Shown piece after piece: positions 31,161 through 39,985 of a stretch of DNA of 64,000 nt (its first letter is position 1; every line of letters begins with the position of its first letter). A program made the translations under genes and the position numbers. The notes beneath the pieces were generated by a model. That model did no database searches. It saw only the letters and a program-made list of their open reading frames with translations, and was not told the origin of the DNA. The DNA is from an uncultured bacterium (GTDB taxonomy: Bacteria > Bacillota_I > Bacilli_A > RF39 > UBA660): contig CAMERI010000001.1 of NCBI GenBank assembly GCA_945935525.1, positions 227,548 to 291,547 of the forward strand. Direction: 5' to 3'.

Positions 31161-31982
31161 ATGGTGATTATATTGAGATTAAGAAATAAAATAATTTTAG
31201 ATGCTTTTATTTTATTATGTTTTATGATTTTATCATATTCTATTTATAATATAGTTAAATGGAAGTTAGATTCTAATAATACAAATAAACAAATAGAAGA
31301 TGTTCAAGAAACAGTTAAAATAGAAGAAGTAATTGATACTGAAAATACAGAAATAATAAAACCAGTAGAAGAAATACCAAAATCTAATCCATATTGGGAT
31401 TATATAAAAATGAATATGATAGATATTAACTTTAATGAATTAAAAAATATCAATAATGATGTTAAAGGCTGGATCAAAGTAAATGGTACTAATATAAATT
31501 ATCCTTTCGTGCAAGCTAACAATAATAAATATTATTTAACTCATAGTTTTGATAAATCTTATAATTCAGCTGGTTGGTTATTTCTAGATTATAGAAATAA
31601 TATAAATAATAGTAAAAACACTATTATTTATGCACATGGTAGAAATGATAAAACTATGTTTGGATCATTAAGAACTGTATTAACTAAAAAATGGTTATCT
31701 AATACAAATAACTATGTAATAAAAATATCTACTGAAAAAGAAAATAGTTTGTGGCAGATTTTTAGTACTTACCATATTCCTACTACTAGTGATTACTTAC
31801 AAACTAATTTTGATAGTGATATTGAATATCAAGAATTTTTAAATATGGTAAAAGATAGAAGTAGTCATAACTTTAATACAAATGTTACATCTACTGATAA
31901 TATTCTTACCTTGTCTACTTGTTACAGTAAAAGTGATAAAATGGTAGTTCATGCCAAGCTTATAAAAAAAGAACAAAAATAA
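31161..31982 (+). CDS. srtB: Class B sortase
   Basis: N-terminal TM, then 'YYLTHSFDK...WLFLDYRNN...NTIIYAHGRND...LTLSTCYSK', which are the SrtB-family His/Cys motifs. Confidence 0.7.
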   Translation: MVIILRLRNKIILDAFILLCFMILSYSIYNIVKWKLDSNNTNKQIEDVQETVKIEEVIDTENTEIIKPVEEIPKSNPYWDYIKMNMIDINFNELKNINNDVKGWIKVNGTNINYPFVQANNNKYYLTHSFDKSYNSAGWLFLDYRNNINNSKNTIIYAHGRNDKTMFGSLRTVLTKKWLSNTNNYVIKISTEKENSLWQIFSTYHIPTTSDYLQTNFDSDIEYQEFLNMVKDRSSHNFNTNVTSTDNILTLSTCYSKSDKMVVHAKLIKKEQK

Positions 31983-32315
31983 AAAGATTGGATAATGTAT
32001 AATATAATACTTATTATATATTAGATGTTCCAATCTTTTTTCATTTTGAATAAAATAAGTAATTATTACTTCATTATTGTCTTTAATATGTTCGTTAAGA
32101 TAATTTAACTTACTATTTCTCATCTCTTTTAATCCTTTATCAATTTTTCATAACATTTTTTCCTCCAAAAATATGTAAGGTATTTTTGGTATTGCTAGGG
32201 ATAACTTTTTGCAGTAATGGCAAAATTACCCTATTTTCTTATCTGCAAAATTTAATATATTTTATATATTCTTTGAAAATTAACTCATTTTTATCAATTA
32301 TTTCAATATTTAATT

Positions 32316-32346
32316 CATTAAAAATCCCTTAAAATAAGGGCAAAAC
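32316..32346 (-). terminator. Rho-independent terminator immediately after the truncated ftsW
   Basis: Hairpin cccttaaaataaggg, followed on the minus strand by a T-run. Confidence 0.45.
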
Positions 32347-32377
32347 TTAATTGTCGTTATCAGTTACCACGGAGGAC

Positions 32378-33376
32378 TTACCCTGTTATTGGAACAAGAC
32401 CAACTACTACTGAAAGATTAAGAAGTGTCTGAAACATCATTAAAAATACTAAACCAAATATCAAATACTTTGAAAATAAATCCTCAGTATTTATAGCTTT
32501 TTTAATGATATTATAAAATAGTGTAATAAAAAGTAATATTAAAACTAGGTCTCCAATGAAACCAAACTCTTCACTAATTATTGAGAATATAAAATCTGTT
32601 TGAGGTTCTGGAAGATAAAAATGTTTTTGTCTTGAATTTAAGAATCCAAATCCAAGTAGCCCTCCTGGACCTATTGCATATAAACTTTGTATCATTTGAA
32701 AACCACTACCCAAGGGATCACTCCATGGATTTAAAAACGATGTAATTCTATCCATTCTATATGGTGCGATTATAATAAGAACAACTATTCCAATTATACC
32801 AAGAATACCAAGTTTTATAAATATTGATACATCTGTTCCACTTATAAATATAAGTCCAATTAAAGAGCAAACTATAACCATACCTGTACCAAAATCCGGT
32901 TCTAACATTATAAGACCAAAAAACAACATTATTATAAAAAGTACTGGAGCCATAAATTTAAATGGATTTCTTTTTATTTTATCGTTATTACTTAAATACT
33001 TAGATGTAAATATTATAAGAGATATCTTAGTAAGCTCACTAGGTTGAAAACCAAGTCCCATAATACCAAACCAACTTCTACTTCCATTCCTAACACTACC
33101 AATTCCTGGTATCAAAACTAAAAAAAGTAATAAAAAGCAAATACCTAAAAAAGTATTTGAATGTTTTTTATAAATATTAACATCTACTTTAGAAAACATA
33201 AACATAATAAAAATACCTATTATAAAGAATATCCCCTGATTAAGTACATATTTATATGGATTATTATATTTAAAAGATGCCCATATATAACTACTAGAAT
33301 AGATCATTATGACACCTATTAAAGCAAGTATTATAGTTATAATAATTATTAGTTTATTTCTTTTAATAAAAATCAC
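32378..33376 (-). CDS. ftsW: SEDS-family protein FtsW/RodA, C-terminally truncated
   Basis: Multi-TM SEDS protein. It ends at '...VVGLVPITG*', so the downstream 'PLPFISYGGSS' block is missing, and no continuation appears in any frame. Confidence 0.6.
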   Translation of the reverse strand: MIFIKRNKLIIIITIILALIGVIMIYSSSYIWASFKYNNPYKYVLNQGIFFIIGIFIMFMFSKVDVNIYKKHSNTFLGICFLLLFLVLIPGIGSVRNGSRSWFGIMGLGFQPSELTKISLIIFTSKYLSNNDKIKRNPFKFMAPVLFIIMLFFGLIMLEPDFGTGMVIVCSLIGLIFISGTDVSIFIKLGILGIIGIVVLIIIAPYRMDRITSFLNPWSDPLGSGFQMIQSLYAIGPGGLLGFGFLNSRQKHFYLPEPQTDFIFSIISEEFGFIGDLVLILLFITLFYNIIKKAINTEDLFSKYLIFGLVFLMMFQTLLNLSVVVGLVPITG

Positions 33377-33428
33377 CTATTCATTAATAATATGAATAAG
33401 TGATTATATTTATGTATTTAGTTTTTCT

Positions 33429-34421
33429 TTACATCCATACACCATAGTATATTGCAACCATACCAAGCATAAATCCAATTATATAAAACATTTTTACTAT
33501 ATCAGTTTCTTCCCAACCTAACTTTTCAAAATGATGATGTATAGGTGCCATTAAGAATACTTTTCTTTTAAATTTTTTAATAGCAGTTAATTGTATTATT
33601 GAAGATAATACCTCCATTACGAATACTCCGCCTATAACAGCAAGTGATAATTCGTGTTTAGTAACTATTGCAACTGCCGCTAGTGTTGCTCCTAAAGCTA
33701 AAGAACCAGTGTCTCCCATAAATACTTTAGCTGGATGTGTATTAAATACTAAAAATCCTAATATTGAACCAACAAGTATAAAACAGAAAATTGCTATTTC
33801 TTGATAACCAGCTATCCAAGTAGTTCCCCATGTAATAATACCAAAACTTAAGAATGCTATTAATGAAAGTCCTCCAGCAAGTCCATCTAATCCATCAGTT
33901 AAATTAACTGCATTAGAACTTCCTACTAAAAGGAATAATATAAAGAGTCCATATAACCATTTCATATCTATATTTATACCAAGAGAAGTTATTGTTAAGT
34001 ATGCATCTCCTCCCCCCTGCATATAAATATAGAAGAATATAAGTGCTATTAATACTTGAACCACTAACTTTTGTGTTATAGAAAGTCCTTCATTATTATG
34101 AGCTTTTATCTTTAAATAGTCATCTACAAATCCAAGTAATGCATAACTTACAAATACAAATATTATAATAAGTAAATTATGAGTTATTTCTAAACTGCCT
34201 CTTAAATATAAAAGAATCATCGTAACTAAAGTAGGAATTATAAATATAAGACCACCAATAGTTGGAGTTCCTTGCTTACTAGCATGTCTAAATGCAACAA
34301 ATGAACTTATTGTTTGACCACACTTTAATTTTCTTAAAACTGGTATTAAGAATAAACCTAATACTACAGATAAAAAGAAACCTATCATTAATCCTAATAT
34401 ACTTTTAGCTAGAATTAACAT
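33429..34421 (-). CDS. mraY: Phospho-N-acetylmuramoyl-pentapeptide transferase
   Basis: 'NAVNLTDGLDGLAGG' and the overall MraY topology. Confidence 0.85.
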   Translation of the reverse strand: MLILAKSILGLMIGFFLSVVLGLFLIPVLRKLKCGQTISSFVAFRHASKQGTPTIGGLIFIIPTLVTMILLYLRGSLEITHNLLIIIFVFVSYALLGFVDDYLKIKAHNNEGLSITQKLVVQVLIALIFFYIYMQGGGDAYLTITSLGINIDMKWLYGLFILFLLVGSSNAVNLTDGLDGLAGGLSLIAFLSFGIITWGTTWIAGYQEIAIFCFILVGSILGFLVFNTHPAKVFMGDTGSLALGATLAAVAIVTKHELSLAVIGGVFVMEVLSSIIQLTAIKKFKRKVFLMAPIHHHFEKLGWEETDIVKMFYIIGFMLGMVAIYYGVWM

Positions 34422-34507
34422 AAAATATCACACCCTTATAAATATATTATACTTTTATTTTATTATTTTACATAATAATTTTACGTTTACTATGTAAAGT
34501 ATATACA

Positions 34508-35434
34508 TCATATTGATAAATAAAAGTTCTCTAGAACTTTACTTTTATCAAGCCCCTCTACTTTTATAGAAATATCTGCATCACTTAATTTATATATTAT
34601 ATTAAGTAACTTTTCTTCACTAAATTTACCTACTACATCAAGCATCTTCTTAAATACAAAAGGATTTATAGAAAGTCTACTTGTTATAGTTTGTGCTCCT
34701 GTATCTTTAGACATAACTTTTATTTGATAAAGTGTCCTAAACTGTTTAGATAAATAATCTATTATAACTACTTCATCTACTCCACTACTAACAAGTGTCT
34801 TAGTACTTTCAAGCATATTAGGTATATTATGATTCATTACTGCATCATTTAACCTAAACATTTCTTTTTCACTATTCTTACTAATTACTTTTTCTATATC
34901 TTCATCAGTAATCGTATCACTATCTAACTTATATAAAAGTAACTTATTTACTTCATTTAACACACTATCGGTATCATTCTCGCATAGACTTAATATATTC
35001 TTTATTTGATTATAAGTAATTCTCTTTTTATTATCACTAAATATTTTAGTAACATATTCATGTAATGTCTTATAATCCATCTTAACTAATTCTATAACCT
35101 TACACTTTTCATTTAATAACTTAATAATACTCTTTTTAGAATCTAACTTCTCATCTATACATTTTAATATAATAACATTATCATTCATATGATTTATATA
35201 ATTACTTAGTGCTTTTTCTTCTTTATCTTTCATTTTTTTAAAAGTAAAATTTGATACTATAAGTAATTTCTTTTCATTAAATAGATCTACATAATTTATT
35301 TCATTTAATATATCATCTACACTTACACTATCATAATCATATTTAATAATATTATTTATTTTAAGTTCATCTATTAAAGAATCTACTTTTCTCTTAATAA
35401 TATTTATTTCATTTCCTAAGAATACATATATCAT
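34508..35434 (-). CDS. holA: DNA polymerase III delta subunit (HolA-like)
   Basis: N-terminus 'IYVFLGNEINIIKRKVDSL...LFNEKKLLIV' follows the HolA pattern; 308 aa. Confidence 0.45.
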   Translation of the reverse strand: MIYVFLGNEINIIKRKVDSLIDELKINNIIKYDYDSVSVDDILNEINYVDLFNEKKLLIVSNFTFKKMKDKEEKALSNYINHMNDNVIILKCIDEKLDSKKSIIKLLNEKCKVIELVKMDYKTLHEYVTKIFSDNKKRITYNQIKNILSLCENDTDSVLNEVNKLLLYKLDSDTITDEDIEKVISKNSEKEMFRLNDAVMNHNIPNMLESTKTLVSSGVDEVVIIDYLSKQFRTLYQIKVMSKDTGAQTITSRLSINPFVFKKMLDVVGKFSEEKLLNIIYKLSDADISIKVEGLDKSKVLENFYLSI

Positions 35435-35435
35435 A

Positions 35436-36299
35436 TTAATTATCCTTTACTATAACACTTCTAACACTAGCATCTATTATAAAGTTAGAAGGATTATCTA
35501 TTCTCACATTATCTATATATATAGATTTAGTTTTATAAGCTATTTTTAAAGCTTCTAAGAGTTCTACTAAAGAAGTATATAGTTTTACCTTAACAATAAT
35601 AGGTTTACCATTATTAATAGTTAAAATAGTGTTATCATACATATAATCTAAAGATATAGCCTTATGAATTGCAAGAATCTCTTCAACACTATAAAATACA
35701 CAAGTAGAATCCTTAAATTTCCTATTACTATGAACCATACATATATTTAAAAAAGCATTAATATATTTGTTATAAGCCCCTATAGAATTTAAGTCATCTC
35801 TACTTACACATATATAACAATTCTTCATACCAAAAGCACTCATAAATTCATCTATTGCTTCAAGTATTTCTTCATAACTTTCATAGTTAATTACCATATC
35901 TTTAAGATCATAATTTTTATCATATAAAGAATTAACTACTAAAGTAGTTTTACTATTTATTTTATTATCAAGTCCATATTTTTTTAATGATTCAACTATA
36001 TCGCTCTTCTTAGTCTTACTTAAATTTCTAGTAGGATTTAATCTTTCTTTTTTATCTATAAAGTCATTTTCAATAACTAAACTGTTAAAGTCCCCATTCT
36101 TATAAGACATTCTAGAAGTACCAACTACTTTACCACTAACTGGACTAAATATCTTTTTACCACTATCTCTTTCACCAAGTAATGTATTATGATTAACCAT
36201 TTTATCTTTAGATAATTCTAACTTTTCTATTGAATCAAACGGAACATAAATAAATTCAGGTGTTAAATATGTTATATATTCATTATTTTCTTTTGTCAT
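35436..36299 (-). CDS. Hypothetical protein
   Basis: 287-aa ORF with no recognisable motifs. Confidence 0.35.
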   Translation of the reverse strand: MTKENNEYITYLTPEFIYVPFDSIEKLELSKDKMVNHNTLLGERDSGKKIFSPVSGKVVGTSRMSYKNGDFNSLVIENDFIDKKERLNPTRNLSKTKKSDIVESLKKYGLDNKINSKTTLVVNSLYDKNYDLKDMVINYESYEEILEAIDEFMSAFGMKNCYICVSRDDLNSIGAYNKYINAFLNICMVHSNRKFKDSTCVFYSVEEILAIHKAISLDYMYDNTILTINNGKPIIVKVKLYTSLVELLEALKIAYKTKSIYIDNVRIDNPSNFIIDASVRSVIVKDN

Positions 36300-36394
36300 T
36301 TTTTACTTCTCCATAAAATATTATATATTATATTTGAATATTTTAAAAGCATAAATTGTATGTTATAATACTTTTAGAATAAAGGTGGTTAATT

Positions 36395-37927
36395 ATGAGT
36401 AAGAAAAAAAGAATCATTATAATATGTATCATGATACTATTAATTTTATGTATAGGTCTTTCTATTATAGGTATTTTATCATCTTCAAAAGAAGAACCTA
36501 CTAAACCAAAAGAACCTGAAATACCAAAGATAACTGAAGACTTTAAAGAAGTAGAACTTGTTTCTAAATATATGTCTACTGGTAGTATATATTTTAACGA
36601 AGAATCAAATGAAATAATCGAATATGTTGATAGTAATCGTTACTTAATCGGAAGTAATGGTGTATTAAATAGTGAAAAGGTACTTAAAACTGATAATGAT
36701 GATCCAAGTCTAAAAGATGGTCCATTCGCAGAAAGTAAAAATTATAAATTCTATATAGATGAAAATGGTTATTGTTACTATATAAATACTAAAAATAAAA
36801 AGAAATCAAAGTCATACTATGATATTATCTTACCATATAAAGGAGAATTAACTGGAGTATATGCAATACTTGTTACATATGATGATAAAACAGATGAAAG
36901 AACATACGAAGTATTAAATACTAATGATGGTTCTATTAAGAAAATAGATGTAAATGATGCTACTATAGAAAATGATCAATCTATTAGTCATAGAGAAATG
37001 GAACCAGTATATGCAAGTACAGTTAACTACTTCACTATAACAAATAAAACAAATAAAGTTGGTTTAATAAATCCTAACGGAGACATAGTAATAGATATAA
37101 TATATGACAATATAAGTGTATTTGAAGATAAATATATAATTGCTTCACTTGATAATAAATATGGCATTGTAAATTTTAAAAACGAAGAGGTCATTCCATT
37201 TGAATACGATAATATCTACTCAGTAGGAAACTTCTTAATACTAGAAAAAAATAAAAAACTTAGTATAGCTAACTCTAATGCAAAAATATATATTGATAGT
37301 AAAATAGACACTACTACTGATAATAGAGACTTTGATACTATGGGTTACTACTTTGAATCTACTGTATACAATAATAAACTCTATTTAGTAGTTTACTATA
37401 ATAACAAAACATCTATATATTTAATAAATTCAAAAGATATCGAAAGAAAAGTAAGTACATCTACTTATTTTGAAATACTACAAAGTTATAATAAAAACAC
37501 TAAATACTTCTACACTATTGAACAAAATAATGATAAAGATATAATAACTTTCTATGATTATGATTTATATGAATACTTTAAAACTGACGTAGACGTTAAT
37601 AAGAATATTAAACATAATACTGAAGTAAAACCTCTACAAAATAATCCTAATTATTATAGTATTAATATTTATACAGAACTAGGTACTATAGGAGATAAAA
37701 CATATTATATAGATTTATTTAATTCTAAAAAGATAGATGAATATACTGCATTAAAAAGATACTTCAAAAATGGTTATAATTTCTATATATCAACTGATAA
37801 TAAATTAAAAGTATATAAAGATTCAACAATGTTAAATGAATTTGAAGGAGAATATAAATACTTAGGTGGTTACCTATTCTTAAAAGAAAATGAAATATTT
37901 GAATTAACTTTTAAAAAAGAAAAATAA
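36395..37927 (+). CDS. Membrane-anchored protein with KWG/WG-type beta repeats
   Basis: N-terminal TM; repeats such as 'KVGLINPNGDIVIDIIYDNISVF' and 'KYGIVNFKNEEVIPFEYDNIYSV'. Confidence 0.45.
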   Translation: MSKKKRIIIICIMILLILCIGLSIIGILSSSKEEPTKPKEPEIPKITEDFKEVELVSKYMSTGSIYFNEESNEIIEYVDSNRYLIGSNGVLNSEKVLKTDNDDPSLKDGPFAESKNYKFYIDENGYCYYINTKNKKKSKSYYDIILPYKGELTGVYAILVTYDDKTDERTYEVLNTNDGSIKKIDVNDATIENDQSISHREMEPVYASTVNYFTITNKTNKVGLINPNGDIVIDIIYDNISVFEDKYIIASLDNKYGIVNFKNEEVIPFEYDNIYSVGNFLILEKNKKLSIANSNAKIYIDSKIDTTTDNRDFDTMGYYFESTVYNNKLYLVVYYNNKTSIYLINSKDIERKVSTSTYFEILQSYNKNTKYFYTIEQNNDKDIITFYDYDLYEYFKTDVDVNKNIKHNTEVKPLQNNPNYYSINIYTELGTIGDKTYYIDLFNSKKIDEYTALKRYFKNGYNFYISTDNKLKVYKDSTMLNEFEGEYKYLGGYLFLKENEIFELTFKKEK

Positions 37928-37928
37928 A

Positions 37929-37960
37929 GTGACTTAGATAATTCCAAGTCACTTTTTCAT
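37929..37960. terminator. Bidirectional terminator between convergent genes
   Basis: aagtgactt-N10-aagtcactt hairpin flanked by A/T runs. Confidence 0.5.
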
Positions 37961-38553
37961 TATTGTTGTTTTGTTACTTTTAAACTATAATCTTCAGGTA
38001 TTATATCTTGAATAAGCCCTTTTATAAGCACTTCTGCTTGTTTATCAGCAGTTTCTAATATACCAAGTCCAACTACTTTTTCTTTTGCTTTCTTTTCTGC
38101 TTCCGCTTGTGCTTTATTAGCATCTTCTTTTGAATTAAAGTTAAATAATGCAAAACCTTCATCATAATATTTAATACTATTCGGATCTACTTTAATATCT
38201 AAAACTTCTGCTTTTGGTAAAGAAATCATTATTGTTTTAGTAACATAATCAGCAGTAATTTTAACTTTCTTTACATCTATTCCAGCTCTTGCAGTAGCCT
38301 GATATATCATTAAGAAATCACTTCTACTAATTATCTTAATACCTGAATCTTTATATGGATATATACCTTCAAAAGTAAGTTTTGCTGTTGTAAGCTCACT
38401 AGACTTTTCAAGTTTAGCAAGTAAATACGTCACATCAACTTCTTCATCCTTATTACATAATGTCATAAATAAAACCACAAGTAATCCAACAATAACACCA
38501 ATAATAACACAATACGTTTTGTTTCTTAATATTTTTTTAATTTTACTTTTCAC
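37960..38553 (-). CDS. Membrane-anchored DUF4230-like protein
   Basis: N-terminal TM, then 'LAKLEKSSELTTAKLTFEGIY', which is typical of the DUF4230 family. Confidence 0.35.
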   Translation of the reverse strand: MKSKIKKILRNKTYCVIIGVIVGLLVVLFMTLCNKDEEVDVTYLLAKLEKSSELTTAKLTFEGIYPYKDSGIKIISRSDFLMIYQATARAGIDVKKVKITADYVTKTIMISLPKAEVLDIKVDPNSIKYYDEGFALFNFNSKEDANKAQAEAEKKAKEKVVGLGILETADKQAEVLIKGLIQDIIPEDYSLKVTKQQ

Positions 38554-38640
38554 TTCTACACTCCTTTATAAATAAAATGTTTTTGACGCGACCAGATTAT
38601 CTATTAACACAATATTATCATATTTATTTCACAAATACAA

Positions 38641-39186
38641 TTACTTAGTATGTTTTAAATATATATTATAGATATATCTTTTATTAAGAACTTTTTCCCC
38701 TTTTTTGCCTAAATCGTAGAATACTTCTTCTAAAAAATCTTTAAGTTTAGGGTTTAACTGATAAGTATCTTTACGAGCCATAAAGTATTCATATGGAGTA
38801 CTATTCTTATAATCTTTCTTATAATATGTTTTTGATGCAGCTATTCTATCACATATCATTTCAAGCATATATTTAAAAGGTATTATAGGAGTCTTCACTG
38901 GAGCACTATAGTCATACCAATATTCAAAATGATGTTTGTTACGACCAAAATGATGAAGCCAAGCCTTACTATAACCATTAATCTTCTTACTAGTTCTTAA
39001 AGGACTATCAGACCCATTTGTATAATATTTAACTGATTCAAAAAACTCTTCAAAAGAATACTTAGATAAATCATGAACTAACCCTCTAAAAGGTATACCA
39101 ACTTTACAACATAATTTAAATACTTCAAATCTATGTTTATTTACTGTATGTAAATGTCCAAAAAACTTATTCATATATTTCACCAT
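38641..39186 (-). CDS. Small HD-motif-containing hypothetical protein
   Basis: H...HD..K spacing ('GHLHTVNKHRFEV...GLVHDLSKYS'). Confidence 0.3.
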   Translation of the reverse strand: MVKYMNKFFGHLHTVNKHRFEVFKLCCKVGIPFRGLVHDLSKYSFEEFFESVKYYTNGSDSPLRTSKKINGYSKAWLHHFGRNKHHFEYWYDYSAPVKTPIIPFKYMLEMICDRIAASKTYYKKDYKNSTPYEYFMARKDTYQLNPKLKDFLEEVFYDLGKKGEKVLNKRYIYNIYLKHTK

Positions 39187-39211
39187 AAAAATTATAACAC
39201 AAAAAAAGCTC

Positions 39212-39415
39212 CTATTGGAACTTTTGCATTTGTTTCATTAATTGATTAACTTGTTTTTGACTAGGATTTCTACCCATACCTCTCATTAAAGTCTTAATCA
39301 TTTCTTCATTTATAGGTGGATTTTCTTTTAATTGTTTTGAAACTAACTTTTTAGAAATAAAGAACCCAGCTATAAGTCCAACTACAAGACCAATTACTAA
39401 ATATAAAATATCCAT
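39212..39415 (-). CDS. yneF: UPF0154/YneF-family small membrane protein
   Basis: 'MDILYLVIGLVVGLIAGFFISKKLVSKQLKENPPINEEMIKTLMRGMGRNPSQKQVNQLMKQMQ' matches the YneF family. Confidence 0.7.
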   Translation of the reverse strand: MDILYLVIGLVVGLIAGFFISKKLVSKQLKENPPINEEMIKTLMRGMGRNPSQKQVNQLMKQMQKFQ

Positions 39416-39490
39416 CCAGATATTACCAGTACATTTAACTGTTTCTAATATTAACATAAATTCATCTCCTCAAGATAATTCTATCAAGAA

Positions 39491-39922
39491 TTAAGAGTTT
39501 ATGCAAGAATATATATTATTATCCAAAAGAAAATAATCATGGTTATCAAAGTCACATACAAATATATTTTTAAATGTACGAATGTTATAAAAAAATGATG
39601 GAGCATTTTTATTAGTTTTAATCTTTATATGAGAGTTATTAATAGTCATTTTAGTAGTTTCATCATTATAAAAATCATTTATAGTATGAGTATAGTTATA
39701 ACAAATATAGTTTTCATTTTCTATATTATTTTCTTTTATATATTGATTATATTCTTCTTTCTTTAAAGGAACTACTAAAGAATTAAATATGTTATAACCA
39801 AGAACTATATCTTCAGTTTTTAAATGATGTATATTTTCAAGCATAGTATATAATTCTTCATAATTATTTCTATAATTTCTAATAATATTATCTTTTACTT
39901 CAAATAAATAAAATGTTCTCAT
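39491..39922 (-). CDS. SirA/YneE-like protein (sporulation inhibitor of replication-like)
   Basis: N-terminus 'MRTFYLFEVKDN' parallels the SirA 'MRHYYIFLIKEN' N-terminus. It sits next to yneF, as yneE-yneF does in Bacillus. Confidence 0.4.
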   Translation of the reverse strand: MRTFYLFEVKDNIIRNYRNNYEELYTMLENIHHLKTEDIVLGYNIFNSLVVPLKKEEYNQYIKENNIENENYICYNYTHTINDFYNDETTKMTINNSHIKIKTNKNAPSFFYNIRTFKNIFVCDFDNHDYFLLDNNIYSCINS

Positions 39923-39985
39923 ATCTCACCTCAAGTATATTGTATATCACTAATATTAAAAAATTTGTCGAATTAAAAAGAAGGA

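Noticed and set aside
31839-32123. 94-aa minus-strand ORF overlapping the sortase 3' end
   Set aside because: It overlaps the sortase and the terminator region, with no RBS.
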